64,000 nt of DNA from Nitrospirota bacterium (GCA_963710375.1 CAVPZX010000002.1:160001-224000), one strand, 5' to 3'; shown: positions 20,518-31,530, counted from the first letter of the stretch. The notes: generated by a model from the sequence alone, not told the origin. Numbers and translations: made by a program.

Positions 20518-21594
20518 TTATCGCTCTACCAAAGGACTGACTTCTATCGGTTCCTGCGCCGCACTTTCCCTGGAAGGACCAAGTGCGGTGATGTAATACA
20601 ACGTTTTGGAAGTCACAGGGTCGTTATCTTTGAATGTAGGTGTGACGGCCTCGCCAATAATGCTGAAGCTGCTTTCCGAGGCACGCTTTCGATAAACACG
20701 ATACAGTTTCACCCATGACTCCGGATTCTCGTTCCACATAAGCACAACTCCCTTCGGGGCATAAACATATTTCAAGCCAGAAGGCTTCGACGGCACAAAG
20801 GTCCCAGGGTCCACATCGAGCACTTCGGATGGAAATCCTTCGTCTTTAATACCGGTATCAAGGAGTGATGTCACCTTATAGTATAAATGCGATCCGGTTT
20901 CTACCTTGTCCATAAATAAGGGCTCGCTGAGTGCGGCCTTGTTTAAAGTCACTGCCTGGAATACATCTTTCTTGTTGCTCCTGTATATATTATATTTAAC
21001 TTTTCCGGGCAGTTTGTCCCATCTAATCTCCACCGCATAGTTTTTTATCTTAAAGAATAATCCCTGAGGGGACGGTGGGAGTTCTGCTGGAACGACCTTT
21101 ACGACCGGGGACGGATCGCTTATGATATTTCTGACACTGTATACCCGTATCTTATAAAAATACGGCCTGCCGGCCTCAAAATCCTTGTCTGTATAATGAT
21201 TCACAGTCCCTGGAAGAAAAACAAGTTCCCTGAATTCCCCAGGCTTATTGTCCCCTCCAGCCACGGCTTTCTCAATATAGAAACCTTTGATAAGTTCCTG
21301 CATATCCTGGGATACTGAATAAGACCACGAAAGCAGCATAGAATTCTCACGGTGTACCACAGTAATTGCGTTTACAGGAGGAGGCTTAACAAACGTAATA
21401 AACGTCGGCTCTCCCTTTTTCCCACATGCCACAAGCACCAGCACCGCCAGCAGAAAAAAAGCGGTTTTGTAAAAAGCTCCAGAGGCAAGGCGCGCAAATC
21501 CCGAGGAGTGAGGTGTACTTGTTCGTACTCCGCAGCGACGAAGGATGAAGCGCAACGCAGCATATGGACTTTTTACAAAACCGCCGCGTTTCAT
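20518..21594 (-). CDS. Fibronectin type III-repeat lipoprotein with in-frame palindromic insertion in signal peptide
   Basis: Lipobox LVAC-GKKG, three FN3-like repeats (W...Y.IYR...F.D...Y.Y.V). Confidence 0.8.
   Translation of the reverse strand: MKRGGFVKSPYAALRFILRRCGVRTSTPHSSGFARLASGAFYKTAFFLLAVLVLVACGKKGEPTFITFVKPPPVNAITVVHRENSMLLSWSYSVSQDMQELIKGFYIEKAVAGGDNKPGEFRELVFLPGTVNHYTDKDFEAGRPYFYKIRVYSVRNIISDPSPVVKVVPAELPPSPQGLFFKIKNYAVEIRWDKLPGKVKYNIYRSNKKDVFQAVTLNKAALSEPLFMDKVETGSHLYYKVTSLLDTGIKDEGFPSEVLDVDPGTFVPSKPSGLKYVYAPKGVVLMWNENPESWVKLYRVYRKRASESSFSIIGEAVTPTFKDNDPVTSKTLYYITALGPSRESAAQEPIEVSPLVER
21461..21584. mobile_element. MITE-like palindromic element, 124 bp
   Basis: Perfect 16-bp terminal inverted repeats GCGGTTTTGTAAAAAG / CTTTTTACAAAACCGC. 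Confidence 0.85.
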
Positions 21595-22964
21595 TTGAGT
21601 TGTTTCCTGAATCTTCTGATCTGCGCCCTGACTGCAGCGGGCGACGTGCCTCCATATGACTTTTTGGCATTGACCGATGCAGCTGCGCTGATGACATCGT
21701 AGACATCTTCTTCTATATTCCTGGAAAAAGATTGGTACGTAGCTATATCCAGATCATGAAGTGTTCTTCCGTTATCTATGCAGAAACGGACGATCCTGCC
21801 GGTGATTCCGTGGGCAGTCCTGAAAGGCAGGCCCTTGCTGACAAGGTATTCGGCAATGTCGGTAGCTGTGGAAAATCCAGCGTCACTGCTGTTTTCGAGT
21901 CTCTCCCTGAGGAAAGTTATATTTTTTAACATTTCCGGAAGGATAGCGAGGGTAGCCGTAACTGTGTCAGCCGTATCGAAAAGAGGCTCCTTATCTTCTT
22001 GCATGTCCCTGTTGTATGTCAGTGGGAGGCCTTTCATAGTGGTAAGAAGATTCATGAGATTGCCGTAGACCCTGCCGGTCTTGCCCCGCATCAGCTCAGC
22101 AACATCGGGATTCTTTTTCTGAGGCATGATGCTGGACCCGGTGGCAAAAGCATCGGACAGCTCGATAAAGCCGAACTCTTCGGATGCCCATAGGATAATC
22201 TCTTCAGCCATTCTGGAAACATGCATCATGAGCAGCGCAGAACAGGAAAGGAACTCAAGCACAAAATCCCTGTCAGAAACAGTGTCCATGCTGTTGTCTG
22301 AAACAGCGTCGAACTTCAGCAACGAAGCTACGTACTGCCTGTCAACGCGCAACGAGGTGCCGGCAAGGGCGCATGAACCGAGCGGCAGAACATTTGTCCG
22401 CTTCAGTGAATCAACAAATCGCATGCGGTCGCGCTGAAACATCTGGGCATAGGCCATAAGATGGTGGGAAAGGAGCACCGGCTGCGCCCTTTGAGTGTGT
22501 GTATACCCGGGCATAATCAGTCCGAGACTGCTTTCAGCCAAGTCGGCGAGCACTGTCTCAAGATTTCTGAGCAGTGCCGATATTCCCTCAATCGAGGCCC
22601 TGACATAGAGCCTTAGATCGAGGGTCACCTGGTCGTTACGCGAACGGGCCGTATGCAGCATACCGCCGGCGTCGCCAATTTTTCTGATAAGGGCGGCCTC
22701 GATATTCATATGAATATCTTCAAGTTCGGGGTTGAACCTGAACTTGCCCTCTTCTATTTCCCGGTAAATATCTTTCAGGCCTCTGATAATACTGTCGGCG
22801 TCCCGTTTCGGAATAATACCCTGTTTCGACAGCATCTTTGCATGAGCGATACTGCCTTCGATATCGTATTTCCAGAGCCTCTTATCAAACGATATCGACT
22901 CTGTATAGTTCTCTACGCTTTTAGAAGTTTTTCCAGTGAACCTTCCAGCCCAGGGTTTTTTCAT
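21591..22964 (-). CDS. argH: Argininosuccinate lyase
   Basis: HTARSRNDQ, MPGYTH, GSSIMPQKKNPD, YNRDMQEDK. Confidence 0.98.
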   Translation of the reverse strand: MKKPWAGRFTGKTSKSVENYTESISFDKRLWKYDIEGSIAHAKMLSKQGIIPKRDADSIIRGLKDIYREIEEGKFRFNPELEDIHMNIEAALIRKIGDAGGMLHTARSRNDQVTLDLRLYVRASIEGISALLRNLETVLADLAESSLGLIMPGYTHTQRAQPVLLSHHLMAYAQMFQRDRMRFVDSLKRTNVLPLGSCALAGTSLRVDRQYVASLLKFDAVSDNSMDTVSDRDFVLEFLSCSALLMMHVSRMAEEIILWASEEFGFIELSDAFATGSSIMPQKKNPDVAELMRGKTGRVYGNLMNLLTTMKGLPLTYNRDMQEDKEPLFDTADTVTATLAILPEMLKNITFLRERLENSSDAGFSTATDIAEYLVSKGLPFRTAHGITGRIVRFCIDNGRTLHDLDIATYQSFSRNIEEDVYDVISAAASVNAKKSYGGTSPAAVRAQIRRFRKQLK

Positions 22965-22967
22965 GGT

Positions 22968-25064
22968 CTACTGGTGCTCTTCAGCCTTAAGTTTCTGTCG
23001 CTCAGTTATGATCTTCTGAGTAATATGAGAGGGCGATTCCTCATAATGGGAGAATTCCATCGAATAGAGCCCCCTTCCTGAAGTGATGCTCTGGAGCTGG
23101 TTCGCATAGGTCAGCATCTCCGCCATAGGCACAAGGGCGTTGATCTTCTGGTTTCCGCCTGCCTGCGGCTCGACGCCCTGGACCTTTCCGCGCCTGGTAT
23201 TCAGATCTCCGATAACCGTACCGAGAGTATCTTCGGGAACGGTAACTTCAACCTTCATAATGGGTTCGAGAAGAACAGGCTTCGCATCCTGTACCACTTT
23301 CTTAAACGCCATTGAGCCGGCTATCTTGAAGGCCATTTCAGAAGAGTCTACGGAATGGTAAGTGCCGTCATATAAGGTGGCCCTTACATCAACCATCTGG
23401 TATCCTGCAATGACACCCTCATGCATAGCCTCGACAATTCCTTTTTCGACTGCGCCCCTGTATTGCTGGGGAATGACGCCGCCGACAATCCTATCGACGA
23501 ACTCGTACCCCCCTCCCCTCGGCAGCGGTTCCAATTCAATCCAGCAGTCGCCGTACTGCCCCCGCCCCCCGGACTGTTTTTTATACCTGCCCTGCCCCTT
23601 GGCAAAAGCCCGTATCGTCTCCCTGTAAGGTATCTTCGGCGTCTTCATTGCCACCTCGACTCCGAACTTCCTCTTCAGTTTATCGAGTGCAACCTCAAGG
23701 TGCACCTGCCCCATGCCGGATAGAATCATCTCCTTGGATTCATCATCGCGGCTGAAACGCAGGGTTGGGTCCTCTTCAAGAAGCCTGTTTAAGCCTATGC
23801 TGACCTTTTCTTCATCACCTTTGGTTTTGGGTGCTATTGCATATGAAATAAGCGGCTCCGCGAACTTGACCTGCTCAAGCACAAGCGGATGGTGCTCCTC
23901 ACATAATGTATCGCCAACATTGGTGTCTTTTAATTTTACTACAGCAGCTATTTCCCCAGGCCCCACCGCCTGTGTCGGAACATGCTTCTTTCCCTGCAGG
24001 TAAAAAACCTGGCCTATTCTTTCCTTGGAGCCGGTCTGTGCGTTCAGGACTGTCGAGTCCGCTTTCAGCACGCCTGAATAAACCCTGAATATGGACATTT
24101 TGCCGGCATAGGGGTCTGCAACTGTCTTGAAGACATATGCAGTAAGCGGATCTGTCTCGACCGGTTTTCTTTCCACCTCTTTGCCGTCTTTGGGATTTTT
24201 GCCCCTGACGGGTGAAATCCTGCTCATATCCTCAGGGGAGGGCAGGCAGAGCAGCATAGCATCGAGGAGTTGGCTTGCTCCAATATTGAGAGTTGCCGAA
24301 CCGCATATGACCGGGATAAACCTTCTCGTCATAGATCCCTCACGGACACCTTTCATGATTTCTTCATTGGTGAGCTCAGTTCCTTCCAGGTATCTTTCCA
24401 GGAGTGCATCGTCAGATTCCGCAATCTTTTCGACAAGCTTCTTCCTGTACTCGCTGGCGCTGCCCTGCAAAGAAGAAGGTATCTCGGCTTCCGATACTTT
24501 GCCGTTTTCAGCAACATATGCCTTCATCGTTATGAGATCAACTATTCCCTTGAATCCCTCTCCCTCACCTATAGGGATATAAAGCGGAAGAGCCTCTGAT
24601 TCAAAAGACTTCTCAAGCTCACCTACCGCCATGAAGAAATTTGCCGTTTCCTTGTCGAGCTTATTGACGAAGACCACTCGCGGCACTTCGAATTCGCAGG
24701 CGTACTTCCATATCTTTTCGGTTTCCGCTTTCACTCCTGAAATAGCGCTTACGATAACGACAGCCCCGTCGGATACCCTGAGACTGCCTCTAGTGTCTTC
24801 TATAAAGTTTATAAACCCCGGAGTATCGATCAGATTGATTCGTGTGTTTTTCCAGTCGCAATAGGCAATGGCCGATACAACGCTTATTTTCCTCGCAATC
24901 TCTTCGGGCTCGCAGTCGGTCGTCGTATTTCCGGCCTCCACGTTCCCAATCCTGTCCAGGACTCCTGCGTTAAACAGAATAGACTCGGTCAATGAGGTCT
25001 TACCGGCGCCGCTGTGAGCGATAATTGCTACGTTCCTTATTTGTCCAGCGCTCAATTTTGACAT
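22968..25064 (-). CDS. fusA: Elongation factor G paralogue (EF-G2-like)
   Basis: AHSGAGKTS (non-canonical P-loop), DTPG, NKLD, KKQSGGRGQYG; not in an rpsL-rpsG operon. Confidence 0.9.
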   Translation of the reverse strand: MSKLSAGQIRNVAIIAHSGAGKTSLTESILFNAGVLDRIGNVEAGNTTTDCEPEEIARKISVVSAIAYCDWKNTRINLIDTPGFINFIEDTRGSLRVSDGAVVIVSAISGVKAETEKIWKYACEFEVPRVVFVNKLDKETANFFMAVGELEKSFESEALPLYIPIGEGEGFKGIVDLITMKAYVAENGKVSEAEIPSSLQGSASEYRKKLVEKIAESDDALLERYLEGTELTNEEIMKGVREGSMTRRFIPVICGSATLNIGASQLLDAMLLCLPSPEDMSRISPVRGKNPKDGKEVERKPVETDPLTAYVFKTVADPYAGKMSIFRVYSGVLKADSTVLNAQTGSKERIGQVFYLQGKKHVPTQAVGPGEIAAVVKLKDTNVGDTLCEEHHPLVLEQVKFAEPLISYAIAPKTKGDEEKVSIGLNRLLEEDPTLRFSRDDESKEMILSGMGQVHLEVALDKLKRKFGVEVAMKTPKIPYRETIRAFAKGQGRYKKQSGGRGQYGDCWIELEPLPRGGGYEFVDRIVGGVIPQQYRGAVEKGIVEAMHEGVIAGYQMVDVRATLYDGTYHSVDSSEMAFKIAGSMAFKKVVQDAKPVLLEPIMKVEVTVPEDTLGTVIGDLNTRRGKVQGVEPQAGGNQKINALVPMAEMLTYANQLQSITSGRGLYSMEFSHYEESPSHITQKIITERQKLKAEEHQ

Positions 25065-25066
25065 AA

Positions 25067-25510
25067 CTACCCCCTGTTTATGATTTCTTCTATTATTGGC
25101 GTAAATTCTTTTTTGAGTTCAAATATATTTGACCAGAGTTTAATGACAAGAAACGTAATGATAAGAAAGCCAAACCCAGTGCCGGCAGACAGTATATCGG
25201 GATCAGCCCCGGGGAAAAACCTGCCCAGATATTCCTTTCCCAAAACCGCTCCGACAATTAGCATTAAAGAGGGAAGGCCATATACAAGCATAGTGCCCTT
25301 AAGATAATTTGAGGACTTGAAAACCACTTTCACGGTATCCCCGGCCCGTGCACCGACATGATTATACGCCTCCATTAAGGCCTCGCCCGCTCCCAGTGTC
25401 TGGCACAGGGTTGCTCCCGGGCAGGAACCACAGGAACCCTGCTTCTGCACAGAAATTATTGCCTTTATTCCATTGATTTCCTTTACAATGCCGATTTCTT
25501 CCATGACCAT
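25067..25510 (-). CDS. RseC/MucC (SoxR reducing system) family protein
   Basis: CGSC...C cluster, GDTV, VYGLP, two TM segments. Confidence 0.85.
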   Translation of the reverse strand: MVMEEIGIVKEINGIKAIISVQKQGSCGSCPGATLCQTLGAGEALMEAYNHVGARAGDTVKVVFKSSNYLKGTMLVYGLPSLMLIVGAVLGKEYLGRFFPGADPDILSAGTGFGFLIITFLVIKLWSNIFELKKEFTPIIEEIINRG

Positions 25511-25645
25511 TTATCCTACTATATATGCCATTGTTCAGTAAACCTTACCCACTGGCTGTTGTTGACAAATGCAATTTCGTATGTTATTTTTTTCTAAAAA
25601 GCGAAACCCTTACAGAAAAAATGGCTTGTATGCCTCCGGAGCGAA

Positions 25646-25960
25646 ATGAAATATCAGAGTCTGGAAGACTATATTGCAACCTTGTCCGAGCGCGAAAAAG
25701 AACAATATAAATTTCTCTTAGAAGAGTGCAGGCAACGAGACAGCGCAATAAAAAAGAACTTTGACGCTTTGAAACAAAACATCGGAGCCCTGTCCGAAAG
25801 CCAGGATAGCGGTGTGAAAGCAATCGGTGCATTGAGAATACAGGTTAGGGAGCTCAAGACAAATATGCTGAGATTACATTTGAGATATACCAAAGCTGTT
25901 TTCTTTTTGGAGCTGCGTGACAGAAAAATACCGCAGCATTATCCAACATCATTCAATTAA
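25646..25960 (+). CDS. Hypothetical coiled-coil protein
   Basis: 104-aa ORF with GGAG RBS filling the intergenic gap. Confidence 0.55.
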   Translation: MKYQSLEDYIATLSEREKEQYKFLLEECRQRDSAIKKNFDALKQNIGALSESQDSGVKAIGALRIQVRELKTNMLRLHLRYTKAVFFLELRDRKIPQHYPTSFN

Positions 25961-25981
25961 GGGCTCGCAAGCCCCATGCCT

Positions 25982-27550
25982 CTATTCTTTTTCCTTTAGC
26001 AATTTATAATCAATGCTGTCTACAAGAGCCTGCCATGATGCCTCAATGATATTTTCAGAAACGCCGACAGTCCCCCATCTGTGCAATTCGTCGCCCGATT
26101 CAACAAGGACCCTCACCCGCGCAGAGGTGCCCTTTCCGGCAGTAAGGACCCGCACTTTATAATCGTGCAATTTAACAGTTTTCAACTCGGGGTAAAATTT
26201 TTCGAGCGCCTTTCGCAGGGCGCTGTCAAGGGCATTGACCGGACCGTTGCCTGCTGCAGCAGTGTGCTCGATGCTCTTGCCGACCTTCAGCATAATGGTT
26301 GCCTCGCTGAACGGCAGCTCAGTCTCCTTTCTCTTCTCGTCAATGACCCTGAACCCGATAAGATCAAAGAACCTCCGGTGGAGCCCAAGCGCTTTTTTCA
26401 GCAATAGCTCAAAGGACGCCTCAGCGCCCTCAAACTGGAAACCCTGATGCTCCAGGTCCTTGAGCGAATCAAGAATGCCCTGCACTTCCGGGGAATTGGC
26501 TTCCAGGTGTATATTGAATTCTTCGGCTTTCCTTAAAATGTTGCTCCTGCCTGCGAGGTCCGATATCAGGATCCTTTGAGAATTGCCCACCAGTTCGGGA
26601 CTGATATGCTCATAGGTTTCAGCCCTCTTTCTGATGGCGCTGACATGGATGCCTCCTTTATGGGCAAAGGCACTGTCACCGACAAAAGGCTGCCTCTTAA
26701 AGTGCCTCATATTGGCTATCTCGTTAACAAACCGCGATACGTCGCGCAGTTTCTTCAATCGTTCATCCGAAAGGCAGGAATACCCAAGTTTCAACTGGAG
26801 GTTGGGAATTATCGAGCAAAGATTGGCATTGCCGCAGCGTTCGCCGATGCCATTGATAGTGCCCTGCACCTGCACTGCGCCTCTTTCAACGGAAATAACC
26901 GAATTTGCAACAGCGCAATCGGAATCATTGTGGGCATGAATGCCAAGGGGCGCCTTAATTTTTTTGCTCACCGCCTGGATGATATGACTTACCTCCTGGG
27001 GAAGTGTGCCGCCGTTGGTATCACAGAGCACAAGACAGTCGGCGCCTGCGGCCTGCGCTGCTTCAAGACACTTCAGCGCAAAGACTGGATTATCTTTATA
27101 TCCGTTAAAGAAGTGCTCGGCGTCAAAGAAAACCTTTTCGGTCTGATTCTTCAGAAAGCGGACCGAGTTATGGATAATATCAAGGTTTTCTTCAAGGGAA
27201 ATCCGCAAGGCCTCTGTTACATGGAAATCCCAGGTCTTACCAAAAATAGTAATGACTTTAACCTTTGCTTCAACTAGCGCCTTTAAGTTCTGGTCATCCT
27301 GGACGTGGTGTTTCGGGTTGTGTGTGCTGCCAAAGGCCGCTACCATCGATTGAGCAAGCGGGAGTTTTCTCACCTTCTTGAAATAGTCGGCATCCCTGGG
27401 GTTGGAGCCGGGCCATCCTCCTTCGATATAATGAATGCCGATCTCGTCCAGCTTCTCGGTAATCCTCAGTTTATCCTCAACGGACAGAGAAATATCCTCA
27501 GACTGTGTGCCGTCTCTGAGCGTAGTGTCATAAATCTCTATCTTGCGCAT
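25982..27550 (-). CDS. cimA: Citramalate synthase
   Basis: YDTTLRDG, EGGWPGSNP, FFDAEHFF, HAHND, AFAHKGGIH; start at GGAGG RBS. Confidence 0.93.
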   Translation of the reverse strand: MRKIEIYDTTLRDGTQSEDISLSVEDKLRITEKLDEIGIHYIEGGWPGSNPRDADYFKKVRKLPLAQSMVAAFGSTHNPKHHVQDDQNLKALVEAKVKVITIFGKTWDFHVTEALRISLEENLDIIHNSVRFLKNQTEKVFFDAEHFFNGYKDNPVFALKCLEAAQAAGADCLVLCDTNGGTLPQEVSHIIQAVSKKIKAPLGIHAHNDSDCAVANSVISVERGAVQVQGTINGIGERCGNANLCSIIPNLQLKLGYSCLSDERLKKLRDVSRFVNEIANMRHFKRQPFVGDSAFAHKGGIHVSAIRKRAETYEHISPELVGNSQRILISDLAGRSNILRKAEEFNIHLEANSPEVQGILDSLKDLEHQGFQFEGAEASFELLLKKALGLHRRFFDLIGFRVIDEKRKETELPFSEATIMLKVGKSIEHTAAAGNGPVNALDSALRKALEKFYPELKTVKLHDYKVRVLTAGKGTSARVRVLVESGDELHRWGTVGVSENIIEASWQALVDSIDYKLLKEKE

Positions 27551-27560
27551 AGACGCCTCC

Positions 27561-28781
27561 TTACCCGCTTTCTGCCAGGCCAAAGGCTTCATGAAGCACC
27601 CTGACGGCAAGTTCGGTATATTTCAGGTTGATAATGCAAGAAACTTTTATTTCAGAAGTGCTGATCATGATAATGTTTATGCCCTGTTTCGCAAGGGTTT
27701 CGAACATCTGTGCAGCAACGCCGGAATGGGTCCTCATGCCGACGCCGACAATGGAAATCTTGGAGATGTCATCTCTCAGCGTCACCACTTTTGCGCCGAT
27801 TTCCTTTGCAATCTCCTCTGTCAGCTTAAGAGCCTTTTTACTGTCTGTCCTCGGCAGAGTGAAAGAGATATCGGCGTCCCTTCCATCGCTGCTCACGTTC
27901 TGTACAATCATATCGACCACTATGCCCGCATCAGCAATCCTTTTAAATATTGTGGCAGCGACTCCCGGCTTGTCAGGGACTCCCGTAACCGTAATTTTTG
28001 TCTGATTTTTATCGTATGCGACCCCTGACACCACAACCTTTTCCATATCCTCATCCTCCTTGGTCACCAAAGTGCCCTGGTTGTCGTTGAAGCTCGACCG
28101 CACGACCACAGGCACCTCATATTTCATGGCGAATTCGACCGATCGCGTCTGCAGCACTTTTGCGCCAAGACTTGCAAGCTCCAGCATCTCCTCAAAGGAG
28201 ATCTTGTCCAGCTTTCTGGCATCAGGAACAATGTTCGGATCAGTGGTGTAGACACCATCGACATCAGTATAAATTTCGCATATGTCAGCATTCAATGCAG
28301 AGGCTATCGCCACTGCAGAGAGATCAGACCCTCCCCGCCCGAGAGTGGTCACGTCCTCAGTCTCAGTTATACCCTGGAAACCGGCAATCACCAGAATGTA
28401 ATTCTCTGAAAGCGCCTTTTTCGCCCGTTCAGAGGCGATTTTCTCTATCTTCGCCCTCATGTGGACCTTGTCCGTAATGATGCCCATTTGCCTGCCGGTA
28501 AACGCCATTGCCTTGTACCCCAGCTCTTCTATGGCCATGGCAGTGAGCGCACTGGTGACCCGTTCCCCAGAGGAAAGAAGCAGGTCCATTTCACGCTCGT
28601 TCGGATTTAATGAAACCTGATGGGCCAGCTCAATGAGTTTGTCAGTTTCTCCGGACATTGCGGAAACAACGACAACGACCTTGTTGCCTTCCTTCGCCGA
28701 CTTTACCACTCGCTCGGCAACTGCCTTGATCCTCTCGGTATTTGCAACGGACGTGCCGCCGTATTTCTGAACGATGAGCAT
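27561..28781 (-). CDS. lysC: Aspartate kinase
   Basis: [17 protein letters not shown], two ACT domains, STSEIK. Confidence 0.97.
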   Translation of the reverse strand: MLIVQKYGGTSVANTERIKAVAERVVKSAKEGNKVVVVVSAMSGETDKLIELAHQVSLNPNEREMDLLLSSGERVTSALTAMAIEELGYKAMAFTGRQMGIITDKVHMRAKIEKIASERAKKALSENYILVIAGFQGITETEDVTTLGRGGSDLSAVAIASALNADICEIYTDVDGVYTTDPNIVPDARKLDKISFEEMLELASLGAKVLQTRSVEFAMKYEVPVVVRSSFNDNQGTLVTKEDEDMEKVVVSGVAYDKNQTKITVTGVPDKPGVAATIFKRIADAGIVVDMIVQNVSSDGRDADISFTLPRTDSKKALKLTEEIAKEIGAKVVTLRDDISKISIVGVGMRTHSGVAAQMFETLAKQGINIIMISTSEIKVSCIINLKYTELAVRVLHEAFGLAESG

Positions 28782-30001
28782 TAAGCCAGAACTTCCTTGA
28801 TAAAATAATCCATCAGCCGGTGGCCTTCTTCAACTACCATGATATCCTTTCTGCCGGTGATTGATTCGTCATAGGAGACGCCTTCGTTGTTTTTCTTTTT
28901 GCGGCTATCGTATATGACAAACGGCACAGGTTCATCAGTATGGGTCCTGATTTTTACCGGTGTAGCGTGATCGGGCAGCAGCAAAATGCGATATTCCCTG
29001 AACCTTTCGTCCAGGCCTTTCAGTACCGGCCCCACCACAAAGGCATCGAAATCCGCGATAGCCTTGAGTTTGTCTTTACAATTTCCCGAATGCCCTGCCT
29101 CGTCAGGGGCCTCTATATGCAGATAGACAAAATCCACTTTTTCCAGAGCATCGAGGGCATGCTCAGTCTTGCCGGCGTAATTAGTATCCAGCCAACCTGT
29201 TGCGCCCGGCACATTGAGCACTTCAAATCCGGCGCAGACGCCCAACCCCTTGGTAAGATCGACCGCGGATACGAGCGCCCCGCTAATTCCGTATTTCTCC
29301 TTATATGACGGAATCTGAGGTTTCTTTCCCTGGCCCCATAGCCAAATACTACTGGCCGGTTTCTTGCCATTATCAACCCGCTTCCTGTTTACCGGATGAT
29401 CATCGAGGAGCACAGCAGATTTCATCATCAGCTCTCTGAGAACATTCTGTCCTCTGCCTGAAGGTAGGTAACCGGAAATTTCCTTTTCAAGTATGTCATG
29501 AGGCGGTGTGCATTCCATGTCCGCATAGCCGTTCTTCCATACCATGAGATGCCGGTAGCTGACACCAGGGTAGAATACTATGTCCTTACTGCCCAGCCTT
29601 TGTTGGACAGTACCTATAATTTCCCTGGCTTCCTCAGTCGATATGTGTCCGCAGCTGTAATCATCCATAACGGCGCTTGTCTTGTCCGCGCCAAACCTCA
29701 GCGTTATGAGGTTGCACCGGTAGGCAACATCTTGCGTATCGAGCGCCACGCCGATACTTGCCGCTTCGAGCGGCGCTCTTCCCGTATAGTAGCGCAGGGG
29801 GTCATAACCGAGGATGCTCAGGTTTGCAACATCGGACCCGGGGTGAACGCCCTTGGGAACCGTGCGCACGCTCCCGATAATCCCTTCGCGGGCCAATCTG
29901 TCCATATTGGGCGTTTCAGCCTTTTTGAGCGGAGTCAACCCGCCCAGTTCCTCAACCGGCCTGTCCGCCATGCCGTCACCGATGATAACAATGTATTTCA
30001 T
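28781..30001 (-). CDS. ApgM-family phosphoglycerate-mutase-like protein, candidate alternative homoserine kinase
   Basis: [32 protein letters not shown]; lies between thrC and lysC. Confidence 0.85.
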   Translation of the reverse strand: MKYIVIIGDGMADRPVEELGGLTPLKKAETPNMDRLAREGIIGSVRTVPKGVHPGSDVANLSILGYDPLRYYTGRAPLEAASIGVALDTQDVAYRCNLITLRFGADKTSAVMDDYSCGHISTEEAREIIGTVQQRLGSKDIVFYPGVSYRHLMVWKNGYADMECTPPHDILEKEISGYLPSGRGQNVLRELMMKSAVLLDDHPVNRKRVDNGKKPASSIWLWGQGKKPQIPSYKEKYGISGALVSAVDLTKGLGVCAGFEVLNVPGATGWLDTNYAGKTEHALDALEKVDFVYLHIEAPDEAGHSGNCKDKLKAIADFDAFVVGPVLKGLDERFREYRILLLPDHATPVKIRTHTDEPVPFVIYDSRKKKNNEGVSYDESITGRKDIMVVEEGHRLMDYFIKEVLA

Positions 30002-30020
30002 TCTTTACACCATACACAAT

Positions 30021-30160
30021 CAGGTTAAGGTTGAGGTTAAGGTTAAGAAAAAAAGCAATTTTTTTTATACAATGTCTTCAATCTTGCTTAACCTCAACCT
30101 TAACCTGTCTTTTATAGCTTTAATCTTGCTTAACCTTAACCTTAACCTTAACCTGTCTTT
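30021..30160. repeat. Inverted hexamer array with duplicated right arm
   Basis: CAGGTTAAGGTTGAGGTTAAGGTTAAG then two copies of AATCTTGC(TTAACC)nTGTCTTTT. Confidence 0.85.
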
Positions 30161-30161
30161 T

Positions 30162-31256
30162 TTATAGTACCTTTTCTATTATTTTCCTGACTTCATCGAA
30201 TTCGGCCTTGACCTTAATCGCTTCGTCAGCCACTTTGAACACCGTATCAGGGTCCTTCAATCCGTTCCCTGTCAATGTACACACTACGGTCTCGCCCTTC
30301 CTGAAAAAACCGGCCCTGTATAATTTAATAACACCGGCAAGCGATGCAGCAGAAGCCGGCTCACAGAAAATACCCTCATGCGAGGCAATGAGCTTGTAAG
30401 CAGCCAGTATCTCATCATCCGTAACCATGTCTATGCGTCCGCCCGACTCATCCCTTGCCGCCTCGGCGCTCTTCCAGCTTGCCGGATTGCCGATCCTGAT
30501 TGCAGTAGCAATCGTCTCCGGTTTTTGAATGCGATGACCGAGAACAATGGGCGCCGCCCCTGCTGCCTGAAAGCCGAGCATCTTGGGTAAACCCGTTATC
30601 ATGCCCTCCCTGTAATATTCTCCGTAGCCTCTCCAATAAGCGGTAATGTTTCCAGCATTGCCGACCGGCAATGCATGGTAGTCCGGTGCAGCGCCAAGAT
30701 AGTCACACACTTCAAACGCCGCTGATTTCTGTCCTTCTATTCTAAAAGGGTTAATGGAATTGACAAGTGTGATCGGATATTTCGAGACCACCTCTTTGAC
30801 AATCGTTAACGCATCATCAAAATTTCCCTGAATTTGCAATACTGTAGCGCCATGCACCAACGCCTGTACGAGCTTTCCGAGTGCGATCTTACCTTCGGGG
30901 ATCACAACTATGGCCTTTATGCCTGCCCGTGCGGCGTAGGCTGCCGCCGATGCCGATGTATTCCCGGTTGAGGCGCAGATCACTGCTTTTGATCCTGACT
31001 CAACCGCCTTTGAAAGCGCAAGCGTCATGCCCCTGTCCTTGAAAGAGCCTGTCGGATTGGCGCCATCGAACTTAAAATAAATAGTGAGGTCCCCTCTGAC
31101 TTGTTCTGGCAGATTGACCGCTTTGATAAGCGGGGTATTGCCCTCCAGAAGACTCACAACCGGAGTGCTTTCACTAACAGGAAAAAATCTTCCGTATGCT
31201 TCAATAATACCTTTCCACAATGTCCGTGTACCAGAATTACACGCTCCCACCTTCAT
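30162..31256 (-). CDS. thrC: Threonine synthase
   Basis: [51 protein letters not shown]. Confidence 0.93.
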   Translation of the reverse strand: MKVGACNSGTRTLWKGIIEAYGRFFPVSESTPVVSLLEGNTPLIKAVNLPEQVRGDLTIYFKFDGANPTGSFKDRGMTLALSKAVESGSKAVICASTGNTSASAAAYAARAGIKAIVVIPEGKIALGKLVQALVHGATVLQIQGNFDDALTIVKEVVSKYPITLVNSINPFRIEGQKSAAFEVCDYLGAAPDYHALPVGNAGNITAYWRGYGEYYREGMITGLPKMLGFQAAGAAPIVLGHRIQKPETIATAIRIGNPASWKSAEAARDESGGRIDMVTDDEILAAYKLIASHEGIFCEPASAASLAGVIKLYRAGFFRKGETVVCTLTGNGLKDPDTVFKVADEAIKVKAEFDEVRKIIEKVL

Positions 31257-31293
31257 ACATTCTCCTTTAATGCCTGCTAATAAATAACTTGCC

Positions 31294-31530
31294 TTACTGT
31301 ATGACGTCTCCTTCGATCAGTTCCACCTCAATCCCCTGATCCTGTAAAGACTTGATTCCCTTTTCAAGGTTTTCTTCGTCCCCCTCAAGCTCAAGAATCA
31401 TTTCTCCGACAGTATCGGTTACGCGCGCCCGCCGTATATTGGGCAATACGTCATACTTTCTGGCCATGGTAAATAGCACAGGTTCTTTAATAAGATTTTG
31501 AGGAAACGTCAATTTCACACGCCTCTTCAT
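31294..31530 (-). CDS. Stand-alone NIL-domain protein
   Basis: LTFP...[29 protein letters not shown]. Confidence 0.8.
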   Translation of the reverse strand: MKRRVKLTFPQNLIKEPVLFTMARKYDVLPNIRRARVTDTVGEMILELEGDEENLEKGIKSLQDQGIEVELIEGDVIQ

